A stretch of 64,000 nucleotides of DNA from Paraspadella gotoi. Taxonomy: Eukaryota > Animalia > Chaetognatha. The notes below the pieces were generated by a model. The model made no database searches, was not told where the DNA came from, and saw only the letters and a program-made list of their open reading frames with translations. Below, piece after piece: positions 46,200 to 59,999 of the stretch; within the stretch, counting starts at the first letter, position 1; every line of letters starts with the position of its first letter. The DNA lies in contig CM119270.1 of NCBI GenBank assembly GCA_051294375.1, forward strand, positions 1,526,753-1,590,752, given 5' to 3'. Both the position numbers and the translations under genes were made by a program.

Positions 46200-46773
46200 C
46201 AGTGTATACTAAAAACAACGAAGAAGTTCTAGTAATATCAGATTTTGCAAGGTTCAGTTTTTACGAAATATTGAAAGTGCTAAGTCGTTATCAATGGTAT
46301 CACTATGCGAAATTATAAATTGAGACTGCGTTAGGATTGACAGATAGTACAAGGAGTGACGAAATAATAACGTTAGAATGTCCACTTGGACTTTATCACA
46401 ATAATTTACAGACCTGTAAGAATTTAATGATGAACCTGGTTTATCACAATGTCGACCCTGCCCAGTTAATACATTTCCTTTATTCATCCCGTCCGTCAGG
46501 CTACACGGCGGCCAATTGGCCTCCGGAAGGCTATCTTCTCTATACGGGCAAAGGAGGGATGGCTCGCGGGCGAATGGAACGACGTGGCCGGTCGTTATTT
46601 GCCAGGAGATGGAATGCGGGAAGCCGTGGAATACTTATCAGCCAAGAAGCCCAAGATATAAATTCAATTATGATTACTTTGTTATGTCAGAAGTCATGTG
46701 GTTAAACAATGAAGAAAATTCGCTGTGGGATGTTCCATGCACTGATAAATACTGGTTTCTGTGTAAATTTTAA
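46200..46773 (+). CDS. Divergent C-type lectin-like domain protein (frameshifted as assembled)
   Basis: ITLECPLGLYHNNLQTCK... followed by NGTTW...CGKPWNTYQP...WLNNEENSLWDVPCTDKYWFLCKF-stop, fitting the CTLD C-terminal W...QP...W.D.PC....F.C pattern. Confidence 0.55.
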
Positions 46774-47122
46774 CCAATCAGAATTTTTGTTTTCAAATTA
46801 AATCTCATATTTAAAAAAAAAAGAATAAAATATAAAAAGGAAAAGAAAATCATTGAGCAAGATTTTATATTTTATTCATGAATAAATTAAACACGATATT
46901 AATTATTTAACGTTTTCTCAGTAACGGAAGCGCCGTCTGCATGATATCGTAATAAATCAATCGCTAAAAATATTTTATTACCATAAACACTGTATACAAA
47001 TAGACCTCTAATCCACAGAGCAGCAACTATCGCGACGTCGCCAAAGCGTTTAACATTGTCGGTTAGAAGTTAATACTTCGCTGAGGGATCGGGTTTTTGT
47101 CGGTTTCTGTCGGTTCCACCGC

Positions 47123-47173
<51 letters not shown>

Positions 47174-47607
47174 ACTCTACACGTTTCGTGACGAGGGCCG
47201 CTCTCGCTCTCTGTGTGGGAAAGACGAAAAAAAAAAATCAATATCGTTCTCCGCCTCCGACGTCTCTCTCTCCCTCTCCCTCTCTCTCTCTTCTCTCTCT
47301 CTCTTCTTTCTCCGTCGACGTTCGCTTTTTTCTCTTATCGCTTTTTCTTTCTCATTTTATCGAATTCTTTTATTATTGTTTATGTTAATATTGTTTATTT
47401 ATATTATTTACTTCGCGAGGCATAAGCCAACGTTAAAATTCTCAGACTTCATCTTTAAACTTTTTGTTTTAGTTACAACTTTTTTGTTGTTTTAAAACAA
47501 CGGTAAAATTGAAAACAAAATAACGGATATGTTTCGGTTATGATGAGAGGCTTCTTCAGCGCGAAAAATATTGTTTTGTGAAAATAGTTTTTCACAGAAT
47601 TTGAACT

Positions 47608-47665
<58 letters not shown>

Positions 47666-48029
47666 GAGAGAGAGGAGAGAGAGAGAGAGAGAGAGAGTGT
47701 TTTAAATTTGTTGCATTAAAAGTGAAAACCTGTCATTTTGTTTATAAATGAAAAAAAGATATTCCATTTTTTAAAAAAATCAAAATTTATTTAAATCTTA
47801 TATCATCAGCATTTTTAAATTCTTGTTATATATTTTTTTATTTTTTCCTGGAATGTTTCTTTACTTTTTCATTTACATCATCATTATCATCATAGTTTTT
47901 TAAAATCATCATCATCATCGTCATAATCATCATCATCATCATCACCGTCTCCCAAACGATGCAATCATTTTCTTTTTCCTCCGCCTTTTTTCTCTCTCGT
48001 TTCTCTCATTAATCAATAACTTAGCAGCC

Positions 48030-48093
<64 letters not shown>

Positions 48094-48368
48094 TCTCTTC
48101 ATAAAACTAGCAGCCATTTTCTTTTCCTTCTTTCGTCGTCTTTCTTCCTTTTTTTTTCAATTTTTACTTTTCTTTCTTTACTCATTTTCTAGTAGCCTAA
48201 TCCTATCTTTTCTTTATTTATTTCCATCTTTTTTTATTTATAACCTGAAAGATACACAAGGGTTACGCATCCTGAGGTATTTTTACAAATCTTTAAGATG
48301 TATTAATTTTTATTCATGCAAGATAAATTTAATCACGAGATATTATGCTTACATTTTGTAAATTCATT

Positions 48369-48756
48369 TCAATTTAATTCGATTTCCGTTCGTCGACGCC
48401 AATTTTTAAAATCGTCGACGTCGCGGCACCTGTCGCCACCTGCTTCCCTTTTTCGCCTCTGCACCCGAAAGACGCAACCTCCCACGCAGATGCAATCTCC
48501 GTCCTCGTCTTCGCTGCCGCAACTTCCGCTGCCGCAACCTCCGCCGCCGCAACCAATGTCGACGTCGCTGCATTCCGCGCTGCTGCTGCTCCTGCTGTAA
48601 ACGACTCTCCCGGCGCAGCTGTTGTTATTGTTAGCGTTGACGTTGCGGATCTCGTCTTTGTTTACGTTTTTGTTTTGTTCTTTGTTTTTGTTGTTTTCTT
48701 TGTTTTTGTTTCTGCTTCGACTTCGACTGAATCTGCGGAAATTCAAGGTTCGACCG
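48369..48756 (-). CDS. Probable terminal exon of a small Asn/Cys/Gly-rich protein with an RRKR site
   Basis: Acceptor cttctctccag, then an open frame GRTLNFRRFSRSR..NKNKEN..SCAGRVVYS..ECSDVDIGCGGGGCGSGSCGSEDEDGDCICVGGCVFRVQRRKREAG...-stop. GC-rich relative to its flanks. Confidence 0.45.
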
Positions 48757-48889
48757 CTGGAGAGAAGGAGGTGGAAGTGGGGGGAGTGAATGGGGGGAAA
48801 GTGGAAGGAGTTAAGTAATAAAATTAGAACAACTAATATACATTGTACAAATAATCCCTTCATTGGATAAATAAGCTTATTACGGCATC

Positions 48890-49065
48890 GAGGGGGGGGC
48901 CTTTACGACGCCCTGGGTGTGCGGGATCTTCCTGACGGTTGACGCTAAGAGGGTTTTTTGGTCCTGCAGTGAACACTGCAACACACCAAGTCACTGGCGT
49001 GGTAATAGTAGTACAAAGAGAGTGGATCGAACCCGAAACTCAGAACTAAGAAATGTCAGAGAGAG
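48890..49065 (-). mobile_element. Possible tRNA-derived SINE fragment
   Basis: B-box-like GGGTTCGATCC on the minus strand (~49034-49024) within a GC-richer island. Confidence 0.3.
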
Positions 49066-50502
49066 TTTTAAATGGTCAATTTAGGACATCTTGCTTTCCG
49101 ACTTGGGACTGGCTATTCAGAGTAAAGGACCTACATGCATCTTAACCAAGTGATCTAGCATAGAACAAACCTTACCAGCTAATAATAAGAATTCATGACA
49201 GTCTCGTTTATGAGAAAGACCCTTTGTGATTTGGCAATTTTTAAGACATTAAGATAAGTAAACATAAACCCGAATCATTAAAATATTTTGATGGATAAAC
49301 GTTTTGAGCAAAAAAAGGTTTATTTTTAGAATAAATTTATTAACTGAATATATAGTGCGTCGTGTTAGTTTTCGTCGTCGTCGTCTTCGTATGCGTCGTC
49401 GTCGTCGTCGTCGTCGTCGGCGCCTTTCCCTGACAAGATGACAAACGATCGACTAACGACGACTTCGGCTTCGATAAACAAACACCGTCGCCAAGCAACG
49501 GAATTCTTTACAATTTTTTTTCTTTTCGGTTCAGACCAAAAAAAAAAGAGAGAAAAATGGAGAAAAGGATCAAGAGTCAATACCCCCCCCCCTTCTAGGA
49601 GTTTCTCCATTTTTTTCCAATGAAGCTGATTTAAACTTTCATATTTAAACTTTCATATTTAAACTTTCATATCATTTTATCAAATAAAATTTTACTGCTT
49701 GATATGAAGGAAGCTTGTAGTATGAGAAGGAGACTTAATATTTGTAGAAATTAAAGAGAAATTACATAAATTATGTAGGCTCGACAATAAAGATTAACAT
49801 ATTTATACATTAGGTATTACCTAAGAGGTAAATGATGTTTTTCATGCGCTAAAATATAAAGGAAACAGTCCTTATCTTATTTTCATTTTTTTTGTCTTTC
49901 TTTCTTTCTTGCTTTCTTCCTTTCNNNNNNNNNNTTTTTCATGCGCTAAATTATAAAGGAAACAGTCCTTATCTTATTTTCATTTTTTTGTCTTTCTTTC
50001 TTTATTGCTTTCTTCCTTTCTTTCTTTCTTTCCTTTTCTTCTTTACCTCCTAATCCTTCTCCCTTTCCTTCCGGCTTTCTCAAACGTTGTCGCGTGCGTG
50101 AGCTATTACTCTCTCTCTCTCTCTCTCTCTCTCTTCGCTCTCTCTCTTCCTCTCCTCTCCATCTCTCTCTCTCTTCTCCTCTCTTCTCTCTCTCTCTCAA
50201 ACCCCCCACGCTCTCGTGACTGGAAAGGCCTTTTCACTCTCTCTCGTCGAATCACGATTTCCCTTTTATTTTTTGAAGAGAGAAAAAAAATCACAACAAA
50301 ATTGGAAAAAAAATGGAACTTGAAATTGAAAATAGTCATCGTTGTTGTTGTTGTTGTTGTTATCGTTATTAATATCATCTTCGTCGTTGTTGTTGTTGTT
50401 GTTGCCTGTTGGATTCAGACCTTTTCCCCAACAACTCGTTCAGCGACCCTTCGAAAAAATCCAGCTTGCTTCTGTCGTTTTTCAACAAGCTCTTTCTCTC
50501 TG

Positions 50503-50551
<49 letters not shown>

Positions 50552-50668
50552 TCTCTCTTCTCTCTCTCCTCTCTGCCCAACTCCTTTTTTCTCGGATTTT
50601 GTTTGTTGGGGTCGTGACTTTGAATATCAACGCAAAAATGAAACTGACACGGAAAAGGGAGGAAAGGA

Positions 50669-50736
<68 letters not shown>

Positions 50737-51228
50737 GAGAGGAAAAAAGAAAATAAAAGTGGATATAAAAATAGTAAATAGATAAAGAAAAGGAAAGGAA
50801 AGCAAAAAAGAAAAAGGAAAAAATAAAAATGAAAAAAGAAAAACGCATCAGAGGGAAACAGAGATTTGATGGAACAAAAAACATCGAGAAAAGGAAATAA
50901 AATGAAAAAATGTGGAGATTGAAAAATAGAGCCAAGGAAACCAACGGAACGAAATAACATCGTAATAAATAATATTCTGTTGGTACTCGAAATAAAAAAT
51001 GTGTAAAATGTATGAGTTTAAAAAAAATACATTAAAATAAAAAAAAACAAATAAAAATTGAAAACTAAAATGTCAAAGAAAAACAGAAATAAAGAAAATA
51101 AGTAAAAATAAAAAAGTAAATATAAAAAAAAAAAAAAACAGAAAAAAAAATCTTGGAAAGACATAAAATTCGGTCCTCGTGAAAAAATTTGGCTCCAGAG
51201 ATTTGGACTCCGACATTCGGCCTCAATA

Positions 51229-51483
51229 AGATTTGAAGGTCAGATTTGAAAGAAAGATTTGAAAGAAAGATTTGAAAGAAAGATTTGAAAGAAAAATTTG
51301 ACTAAAAGATTTGACTGAAAGATTTCGTCTGTGAAATATGTGCAAAAGTTGTACAACGAACGGACGAACTGACGTAGGACAGACTGACCAACGGACCAAC
51401 GGACCAACGGACCAACGGACCAACGGACCAACGGACCAACGGACCAACGGACCAACGGACCAACGGACCAACGGACCAACGGA
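51229..51483 (+). repeat. (GATTTGAAAGAAA)n followed by (ACGGACCA)n tandem repeats, resembling a HINE core
   Basis: Several 13-bp units at 51229-51325 and about 12 copies of the 8-bp ACGGACCA at ~51385-51483. Confidence 0.75.
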
Positions 51484-52191
51484 TAGTTGGAGAGACCGAA
51501 AAACCCCAAAAGTTAAATGGACCAAAAAATCTCCGAAAAACAATTCCCTTCTGGATTTTAACTCTTTTTTGTTTTTTGGGGTTTTTTTTCGCTTTTTCGT
51601 GTTGTGTTTCTTTTCTTATCTTTTTGGTGGTCGGTCTGTCAGTCTAAATTATGAATTATTTAAACCTATAAATCTCTATAAATTAAGCGTTAGTATTCAG
51701 CTTTTTCTTTAAATAATAAATTACTTAACTATTTCGTCTTAAACTTTATGAAATTGGTACAACCATTATAAAAAATTATCCATTCATTTAATAAATAAGC
51801 TATCTTGCCCCTGACTTTGGTCCCAGCAAGCTTTCAATCAAGACTCTCTCACAGTCTCGTTTATTCACTTCCAGAGTATCTGGCTTCCCTATCAATGAAG
51901 TGCTATCATATTTCAAAGTAGATTTCAATTGTATTGATTCCATGTGTCTCAAATTCTCACACCGTCTTGCTTATCTTCTATCTGAGAATAAAATCCACTT
52001 TATTATCGCTTTCTTTATTATCCTCATCTTTATTTTCTTTAATCTTTTCTTGTCTTTTTTGTTTTCTTTTCTTTTTTCTTCTTTTTTTTCTTTTCTTTTT
52101 TACTTCTCTCCTTTATTGCTGCCAAAGGTCCAAGGAAAACGTCTCTTTTCTCTTTTCTCTTTTTTCTCGGTGGTCATTACTTTTACAGTCG

Positions 52192-52237
<46 letters not shown>

Positions 52238-52346
52238 ATCTATCCTTTTACAAAGCTTTTAACCATCCTCTTCCTTTCTTTTTTCATCCTTTTTTTCTTA
52301 AAAAAAAACCTTGGAACGAAGATAAAAGCTTGTAATTCGATTTTGA

Positions 52347-52388
<42 letters not shown>

Positions 52389-53382
52389 GGATTTTCCTCC
52401 ATCCTCTTTCTGATTTTGAAGAAGACGGAAAAGGCGTGGCCAAAAAACTCGGTTTGATGAGAGAAGAGAGAGAGAGAGAGAGAGAGAGTGAGAGAGAAAG
52501 AAAGACACAGAGCCAGAGCGCCATCTTTGTTTTAAAGGAGGCAAATCGTTTGTGTTGTGTTCGTCCGAATTCCCTTCGGAGATTCTGAGGATTTTCAGTT
52601 GACGTTTCTTCTTCTTTCGTTGTTGTTTTTTTTTCGCTGACGTTTCTTGTTTTTTATTTTGTTTTGTTTGACGTTTCTTTCCTTTTTTCGATGCTGACGT
52701 TTTTTTCTTTGCTTCTATTTCGAATTCATATTTGTTACTCTTGCTTGATTTTTTTTATGATGAAATCAAATTGTCTCATTACAATGAATCAACGTAATAT
52801 AATATAATATTTGCTGACTTTTTACATTAAGCCACGTTCCGTTACGTTCAATTACTTTTATTCAATAGTTATTTGTTTCTGTTTAGGTACNNNNNNNNNN
52901 NNNNNNNNNNNNNNNNNNNNNNNNNNNNNNNNNNNNNNNNNNNNNNNNNNNNNNNNNNNNNNNNNNNNNNNNNNNNNNNNNNNNNNNNNNNNNNNNNNNN
53001 NNNNNNNNNNNNNNNNNNNNNNNNNNNNNNNNNNNNNNNNNNNNNNNNNNNNNNNNNNNNNNNNNNNNNNNNNNNNNNNNNNNNNNNNNNNNNNNNNNNN
53101 NNNNNNNNNNNNNNNNNNNNNNNNNNNNNNNNNNNNNNNNNNNNNNNNNNNNNNNNNNNNNNNNNNNNNNNNNNNNNNNNNNNNNNNNNNNNNNNNNNNN
53201 NNNNNNNNNNNNNNNNNNNNNNNNNNNNNNNNNNNNNNNNNNNNNNNNNNNNNNNNNNNCTACAATAAGTCCATGAAATTTAAATTTGAAAATTTCGTCA
53301 CCCCCTCCTATCTCCATCTTGACAACGACCAATGATACTGCAATATGCAAATGAGATTTAAATTTCCTCCTTCTACTCTTAC

Positions 53383-54119
53383 CTTGCGGCTGCCGATCCA
53401 GCCGGCCTCCCCACTGATTCACCCGGCCTCCCCACCGATCCAGCCGGCCTCCCCGCCGCCGACGGCCCCACTCTCTTCTTCGGCGCCTCCTCTTCCCCCG
53501 GCGCCTTCGGCCGAGCGGGCATCGGTCCGCCCGCTTCCACTTTGGCGTAGTCTGGATGCTCCTGTCTCTTTAACTGCGCCTCGATCCACTCGAAAGGAAC
53601 CCAGACGGGGACCCTCACTCTGTTGATGCAATCGCAGGGACCCTTCCTTCTCTCCATCGGCATCTGTTCTCTGTCCTCTGTCCTCTGTCCGAGCGGCATC
53701 TGTCCTCCTCCGGGCGGCACCTGTCCTCCTCCGCGCGGCACCTCCCCCGGTTCCATCTCCAAATCTTCGGCTTCGTCGCCGGCGCCTTTTCGTCCGCCTC
53801 TTCCAACTCGATCGAAGATGGAACCGCGGCCAGGCGGCGCCGATCCGGATTGTGACGATTCCATCCCTTGAGCGCGGCCAGGTGGCGCCGATCCGGATCC
53901 TTTCGATTCCATCATTTGAGCGCCATCTGGCGGCAAGAGGCTGAAGTCGGGCTCTCCGGGGGGGAACTTGAAAAGGGGGGAGGGGGGCGGTGGAAGGAGG
54001 TAAGGTTGGGGTAGGGAAGGGGAGTGGGAAAAGATGAGATTTATTTATTGTTGTTGTTGTTCTTCTTTTTATTGTTGGAAAGTAGTTTCAGTTGTTTTTA
54101 TCGTCGTTTGACACTCTCC

Positions 54120-54168
<49 letters not shown>

Positions 54169-54942
54169 GACATGCTTATTTCTTAAAAAGAATCGCTGAC
54201 TTGCCGACATTTTATGAGCTTTCAACTTTGGACTGTTGATCTCTCTGTTTGGACTGTCTGTCCATCTGTCTGTCCGTTATTCAATCTATTTATCGGTCTG
54301 TATGTTTATCTATCTTTCTACTTTTCCGTCTCTATGTTTTACTCTCAATCAGCCTTTCCTAGTATACAACGATAACGATTTAAATTTTAAAAATAAATCG
54401 CATTAAAAGGATATTAATCTTCTATTTAGAAAACGAGGTCGTCGCCCGACTCGAGACGGAGACTCAGATAACCTTTTCGTTACGGTCATCTGCTCCGTTA
54501 TTCCTTGGGGTTGATCNNNNNNNNNNNNNNNNNNNNNNNNNNNNNNNNNNNNNNNNNNNNNNNNNNNNNNNNNNNNNNNNNNNNNNNNNNNNNNNNNNNN
54601 NNNNNNNNNNNNNNNNNNNNNNNNNNNNNNNNNNNNNNNNNNNNNNNNNNNNNNNNNNNNNNNNNNNNNNNNNNNNNNNNNNNNNNNNNNNNNNNNNNNN
54701 NNNNNNNNNNNNNNNNNNNNNNNNNNNNNNNNNNNNNNNNNNNNNNNNNNGGTAAGTATTTAAACCGTTACAAAATTGTGTCAAGAAATTTGAAGAAATC
54801 TCCAAAGGGAAGAAACGTGTCCCTCTCATGCTTCATGACCCTCGTGAGAATTCGGATTTTGCTCTAGATTTGCGGCAACCTGCGGAAGTTTGCTGCAATC
54901 GATAACATTCTTTGTCTTCTTGTGAACGAATCGTCAGCAGAA

Positions 54943-54990
<48 letters not shown>

Positions 54991-57854
54991 TCTTCTCCTT
55001 CGTCACCGTCGACGTCACCACCGTCATTGTCAGCAATATAATTTAATTGCAGCCTCGCTGTCATTAATTTATCATCTTTTTTTTCACTTTCATCTTCGTC
55101 TTCTTTGTCATCATCTTTTTGTCATCAATTCTTCAACATTGTTAACCCCACCCACCGTCAGCCCAGCGCCTTCCTCGACTTACCCGCCCAAAGTCAAGCT
55201 CGTCCTTTGGCTTCGGCGCCGCTGGGAGGTGCGAAGGTGGGACCCAGGTCATCCCTCCACTTGGCAGAGGCGGCGCTGGGAGAGGCTTTTTCTTTTTTGG
55301 CTGTAAGGAAAAAAGAGAGAGATTGTCGTTCTTCTGTGGATCATCATGACTTTTGTGCATCTTCTGAGAATTGTTAAAGCCTGCTGTTTTATGTTTAATA
55401 TACCCAGCTCCTTCACGCGTCAGAATGATTATTTCTTATTTTTATTGTTACCAGCGCACCTTCCTACGACATTTTACTTAATCCTTTCGCTCTCTCTTGA
55501 CTCTACTAAGATCGGTGCTCTGCGTTCTCTTTCGTTGATGCTGCCATTGTACGGCGCTCTCTGGCATCGGGTCATGTGTGCTGCGAGAAAGGTGGGACCG
55601 GTGGCAGGTCATCCCTACCACTTGGCTAGAGGCGGGTGGAGGCTGGGGAGTAGGCTTTTTCTTTTTTGGCTGTAAGGAAAGAATTTTATGGAGGAATAAG
55701 AAGGTCTCTCAGGCTCTCTGCGCTCTCTCACGGCTCATCTGTCAGCTGCGCTCCGCTCGGCTCTCCTCTCTCCTACGGTCGGCTCGGTCAGACGTCGAGT
55801 CGTCCTTCTCTCGTGCTCCAGTCTCTACTGGCGTTCTCTCTCCAGATCACGGGCCCTCATGCTTCTTAGTGCTTCGGCGGCTGACTGCGGTTCAATAGAA
55901 GAAGGTCTTTCGGTCCGCGCCGGGTTGATGGACTGCGGAGGTAGAGTCCGAGAGCTTGCGGAGCGCATCCCAGGCGCAGTGACCGTCAGTGGCGCTCCGG
56001 GAACATCCCACCCCTCAGAGCGGAGAGAGAGAAAGAGAGAGGAGAGGAGAGAGAGGAGAGAGAGGAACGAGAGAGAGAGGAGAGAGAGATGAGAGGAGAG
56101 TAGGGTGGGAGAGAAGGAGAGGAGGAGAGGGAGAGGAGAAAATAAATAAAAACAGAAAACGTTAAAGAAAAGACCACATTTTACTCAAAATCTGCTGCTC
56201 TCTCTCCTCTCTCGTCGAGCTCTCTGCGCTCCCCCTCTCGTCGTCTCGTCGCTCTCTCCTCTCTCTCTCCGTCTCTCTCTCTCTCTACTCTTTGTTCTCC
56301 CCGCTCTCTCTCTCGTCTCGCTCTCTCCTCTCCTTCCTCCGTCCCTACATACCGTCCTCCAAAACTCTCAGCAGGAACTCGTACGATGATCCATCCGTTC
56401 TTGCTGTTATTTTNNNNNNNNNNNNNNNNNNNNNNNNNCTTCCTGAGTCGGACGTCGTACGGTTCTCTCGGTTCGTAGTCGTACATCGCTTGTGCGCAAT
56501 GGATTCGCCAGTCTATCACCTGCGGAGGGAGATAAAAGGGAGAAGGAAGTGGGAAGTGGGAAGAAGGGAGAAGAAGGGAAGGAATTGGGGGAGAAGGGAA
56601 GGACAGGGAAGGAGACAGGGTGAGGGAAAGGGAAGGGAAAAAAGAAAAAAAAATGCCAGAGAGGAATACAAGACAGAGAAGAAGAAGGAAAAGGAAAGGA
56701 AAGGAAATGAAAAGGGAAAACATTAAGTGAAGACTCTGAAAAAGATTACGATTAAATAATAATAATAATAACGAGGCGCTTTCGGAGAACTGTGCCAACC
56801 CAGGAACCTGAATCTTGGAGTCGTCTCTCCAAGTCTCCGGTCCAGGATCTTTCTTGTTCGACGTGTTGAGATTTCCAAAGGAGAGAGGACCCGATGTTCG
56901 GTCGGGGAGACGACGGCCTTCGAACCTGAGGGAGAAAGGGGGAGAGGGAGGAGGGAGGGTTGAGAGAAGAGGAGGAGGAGGAAGTGGAGGAAGAGGATGA
57001 GAGGAAAGAGGAGGAGTAGGAGGAGGACCGTCTGAATAATCGCCTTCCCCCTGGCGGGTGGCTCGGGGCGACGTCAGGGCTTCTTTCAATTTTTTTTCTT
57101 TTCTTTTTTCTTTTCTTTTTTTTACCCAAGGGGGAATATTTTTTATTTTAATGTTACCAAAGAGTCGTCCACCTAATGGTCAAAAATATATTCAACCAGG
57201 GGCAGCACATTGGGGCCGCTACATTTTATCTCCCATTTATTTCGGACTAACGCCTCTTTCAACTTTGCTGCAACACCATCTTAACACCGTCATCTCACTT
57301 AAGCTTTCTAAACACTCCTTCAGACACTTACCTTTTCTCTCGTTCCTTCTACCTCTCGCTCTCTGCTCTCTTCTCTCTCTCTATCTCTCTCTCGATCTCT
57401 ACATCTCTTCTCTCGGTCTCTGCCTCTCTGCTCTCTTCTCTCATGCTCTCTCAGCTCACATCCACTTTGAACTGGGGCCGGCAAATGACTTCCTTCAGCT
57501 CCCCTTCTCCGTCTCTCTCTCTCGCCTTCGCCGCATCGCTTGCCGCCCTTCGCCCTCTCGACGCGCCTCGTGCCGGCTCTCTTTCCTCCTCCTCCTCCTC
57601 TTCTTCCATCCTTCTCTATCCTGCCTTCTCTTCGTCCTGTCTCTCCTGCCTGCGCAGCCGCGATGGATGCCGTGGCGCAGGCGGATTGAGCCGGGCGCGG
57701 TGAGGAGGTGGGGCCTTGGAGGACGTGAAAGTCGACGTTGTGGGGCGCCTTGGAGGGAGGGAGAGACGCGGACTTGTGGGCGCTCGTGGGGGGGTAGTGA
57801 GGAAGGAGCGATCACGAATTTCGATGCTCGTGAAGAGAGAGAGAGAGAGAGAGG

Positions 57855-57905
<51 letters not shown>

Positions 57906-59486
57906 TGAGACGGTACAGTAAGCTTTTGTTTCTTACTTGCGATAAACTGGAGCGGAGTGGATAGTCTCCACTATGAGTTGAAATCAGCTGTGCAGCTTTG
58001 AGGCCAATAGATGCAGGAACGGTGTAGGTTTATTGGGGCCGTTTGAGGATTTTTAAAAATTCAAAAAAATTGCCGCTTCAGGAACCCACATAAAGAATTT
58101 TTTTTACAATATTGGTGCTGTAACGCGGTTTAATTGAAAGCAGATCCTACTTCATTTTTCTTTGCTCATGATATATCCAGACGGCCCTACATAATGGGAT
58201 GTAGAAATTTTTTAATTTAATTTTATTTATATTTGTTTTAAAAAAAATTAAATTCCTACAAAAAAAAAAATTCAAGAGTATTGACCTAAAAAGGTCGCAA
58301 GGTATATTAATTGCCATTTTGTATTAGTACAAAATGAGTTACTTTGAAAGAGAACCCAGTTTTAAAATGAATAAAAAACCAAACTTAAATTTTGAAAGAA
58401 ACTTATGTTAAATACCAAGAAATACTTGTTTTTGAAAATTCTAAAAAATATATCATAAGTCCTTTAAAACTAATTAATATTATAAAAATGAATGGGTNNN
58501 NNNNNNNNNNNNNNNNNNNNNNTTCCACCCGTCCTCCAAACCAACCCAGACAACTTGGTCGAGGACAGCCCCGCCTTCGACGTCCGCAAACCGAGCGCCC
58601 CCTTCGAAGGCGCCACCGCCAGCGCCCCCTTCGACGTCCCTATCGCCAACGCCGATTTCGTCCGCGCGGCCTGTAACGACGCCGGTTCTTCTTCCTCCTC
58701 CTCCGGCGGCGCCGCGCCCGAATACGCGTCGAAAGGATGACGACGATGTCGAGAATATTTGGTCGGAGGTTTGACCGGCGCCGTGTAGGCGACCGTCGAC
58801 GAACGCGGGGACATAGCGGCGTCGTTTTGGTTGCCACTCAAAGGGGCGGCTTCGGCGGCGTCGGCGGCGTCGTTGTCCGTGACGTCGGTTATGAGTTTGA
58901 GGAAAGAGTCGGTTTCGGTGGCTTCCAGTTCCTTGAGATCTTGAGGGAGATTTGATTTGACTCATTTGATTGAATTTGATTGATTGATTGATTTTATTTG
59001 ATTGATTTGATTTGATTTTATTGAATGATTTGATTGATTTGATTAATTCATTGATTGATGGATTGATTTGATTGATTTGAATGATTTGATTGATTTGATT
59101 GAATTTGATTGATTTGATTGTTTTAATTGTTTCGATTGATTTGATTGATTGACAGATTGTTTTGATTTTTTAATTTTTTTTTTTTGAGTGGATGTTTTAA
59201 AGTTTACTTTCTACTAATTTTATAATTGATTGTCTGATTCGATTGACTTGATTCGACTTGATAGATTCACTTGTTCCACCAATTAACGTATTTCATTGAT
59301 CTTTACAGATATGATTATCAGATTGATTGATTGGTTGAGAAATTGATTGCTTGGATCCTCACCGAAATCTCTCTGTTCCCAAGATCTCTTCCTCGTTAAC
59401 TTCCTCCCTCTCTCCTCCTTCTCCTCCTCCTCTTCCTCCTCTCCTTCCTTCCTCCTTCCTTCTCTCTGCTTCTTCTCTTTCCTCAT
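53383..59486 (-). CDS. Multi-exon SH3-domain, proline-rich protein (partial model spanning gaps)
   Basis: Exons 59486-59363, 58939-~58524, 56925-56808, 56519-56353 (AQAMYDYEPREPYDVRLRK..NNSKNGWIIV, an SH3 ALYDY/GW motif), ~56014 onward (GMFP, end of SH3), 55300-55184 (PKKKKPLPAPPLP) and 53966-53383. GT/AG ends and phases are compatible where they can be checked. Confidence 0.65.
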
Positions 59487-59961
59487 TTCTTTGCTTTTCG
59501 TTCGACGAATGATTTAAATTTTGTTTATATATATAAAAACAAACAAACAAAAAATCCCCCCCTTACTTTCTCAATTCAAAAATCTTTTCTCTCTCGCGTT
59601 AGGAAATATTTAATCAAATGATAAATTAATGATTCTCTTGAGATTCTACTTTTGCCTAATGTCGACGAGTTTCTTTTTTTAAAAAAAAATAATAAATTCG
59701 TCACTAAACGGCGGCCGGGATGTTATTAAAAAAGCGCTATCGACTACAACAATAACAATAATAAGAAAAAGTCTGAAAAAAAAATAAAGAGAAAAAATTC
59801 TAAGAAAAGTCGCTTCGTTTTTGCGATAAGCGGGAGAATGTAGGGGGGAGAAGTAAAGGGAGGGAATTATATATGTGGAGGGAGTGAGTGAGAGAGAGAA
59901 GAGAGAGATGAGAAGAGTAAGGAGAGGGAGAGAAGAGTGGAAGAGAGAGAGAGAAGAGAGA

Positions 59962-59999
<38 letters not shown>

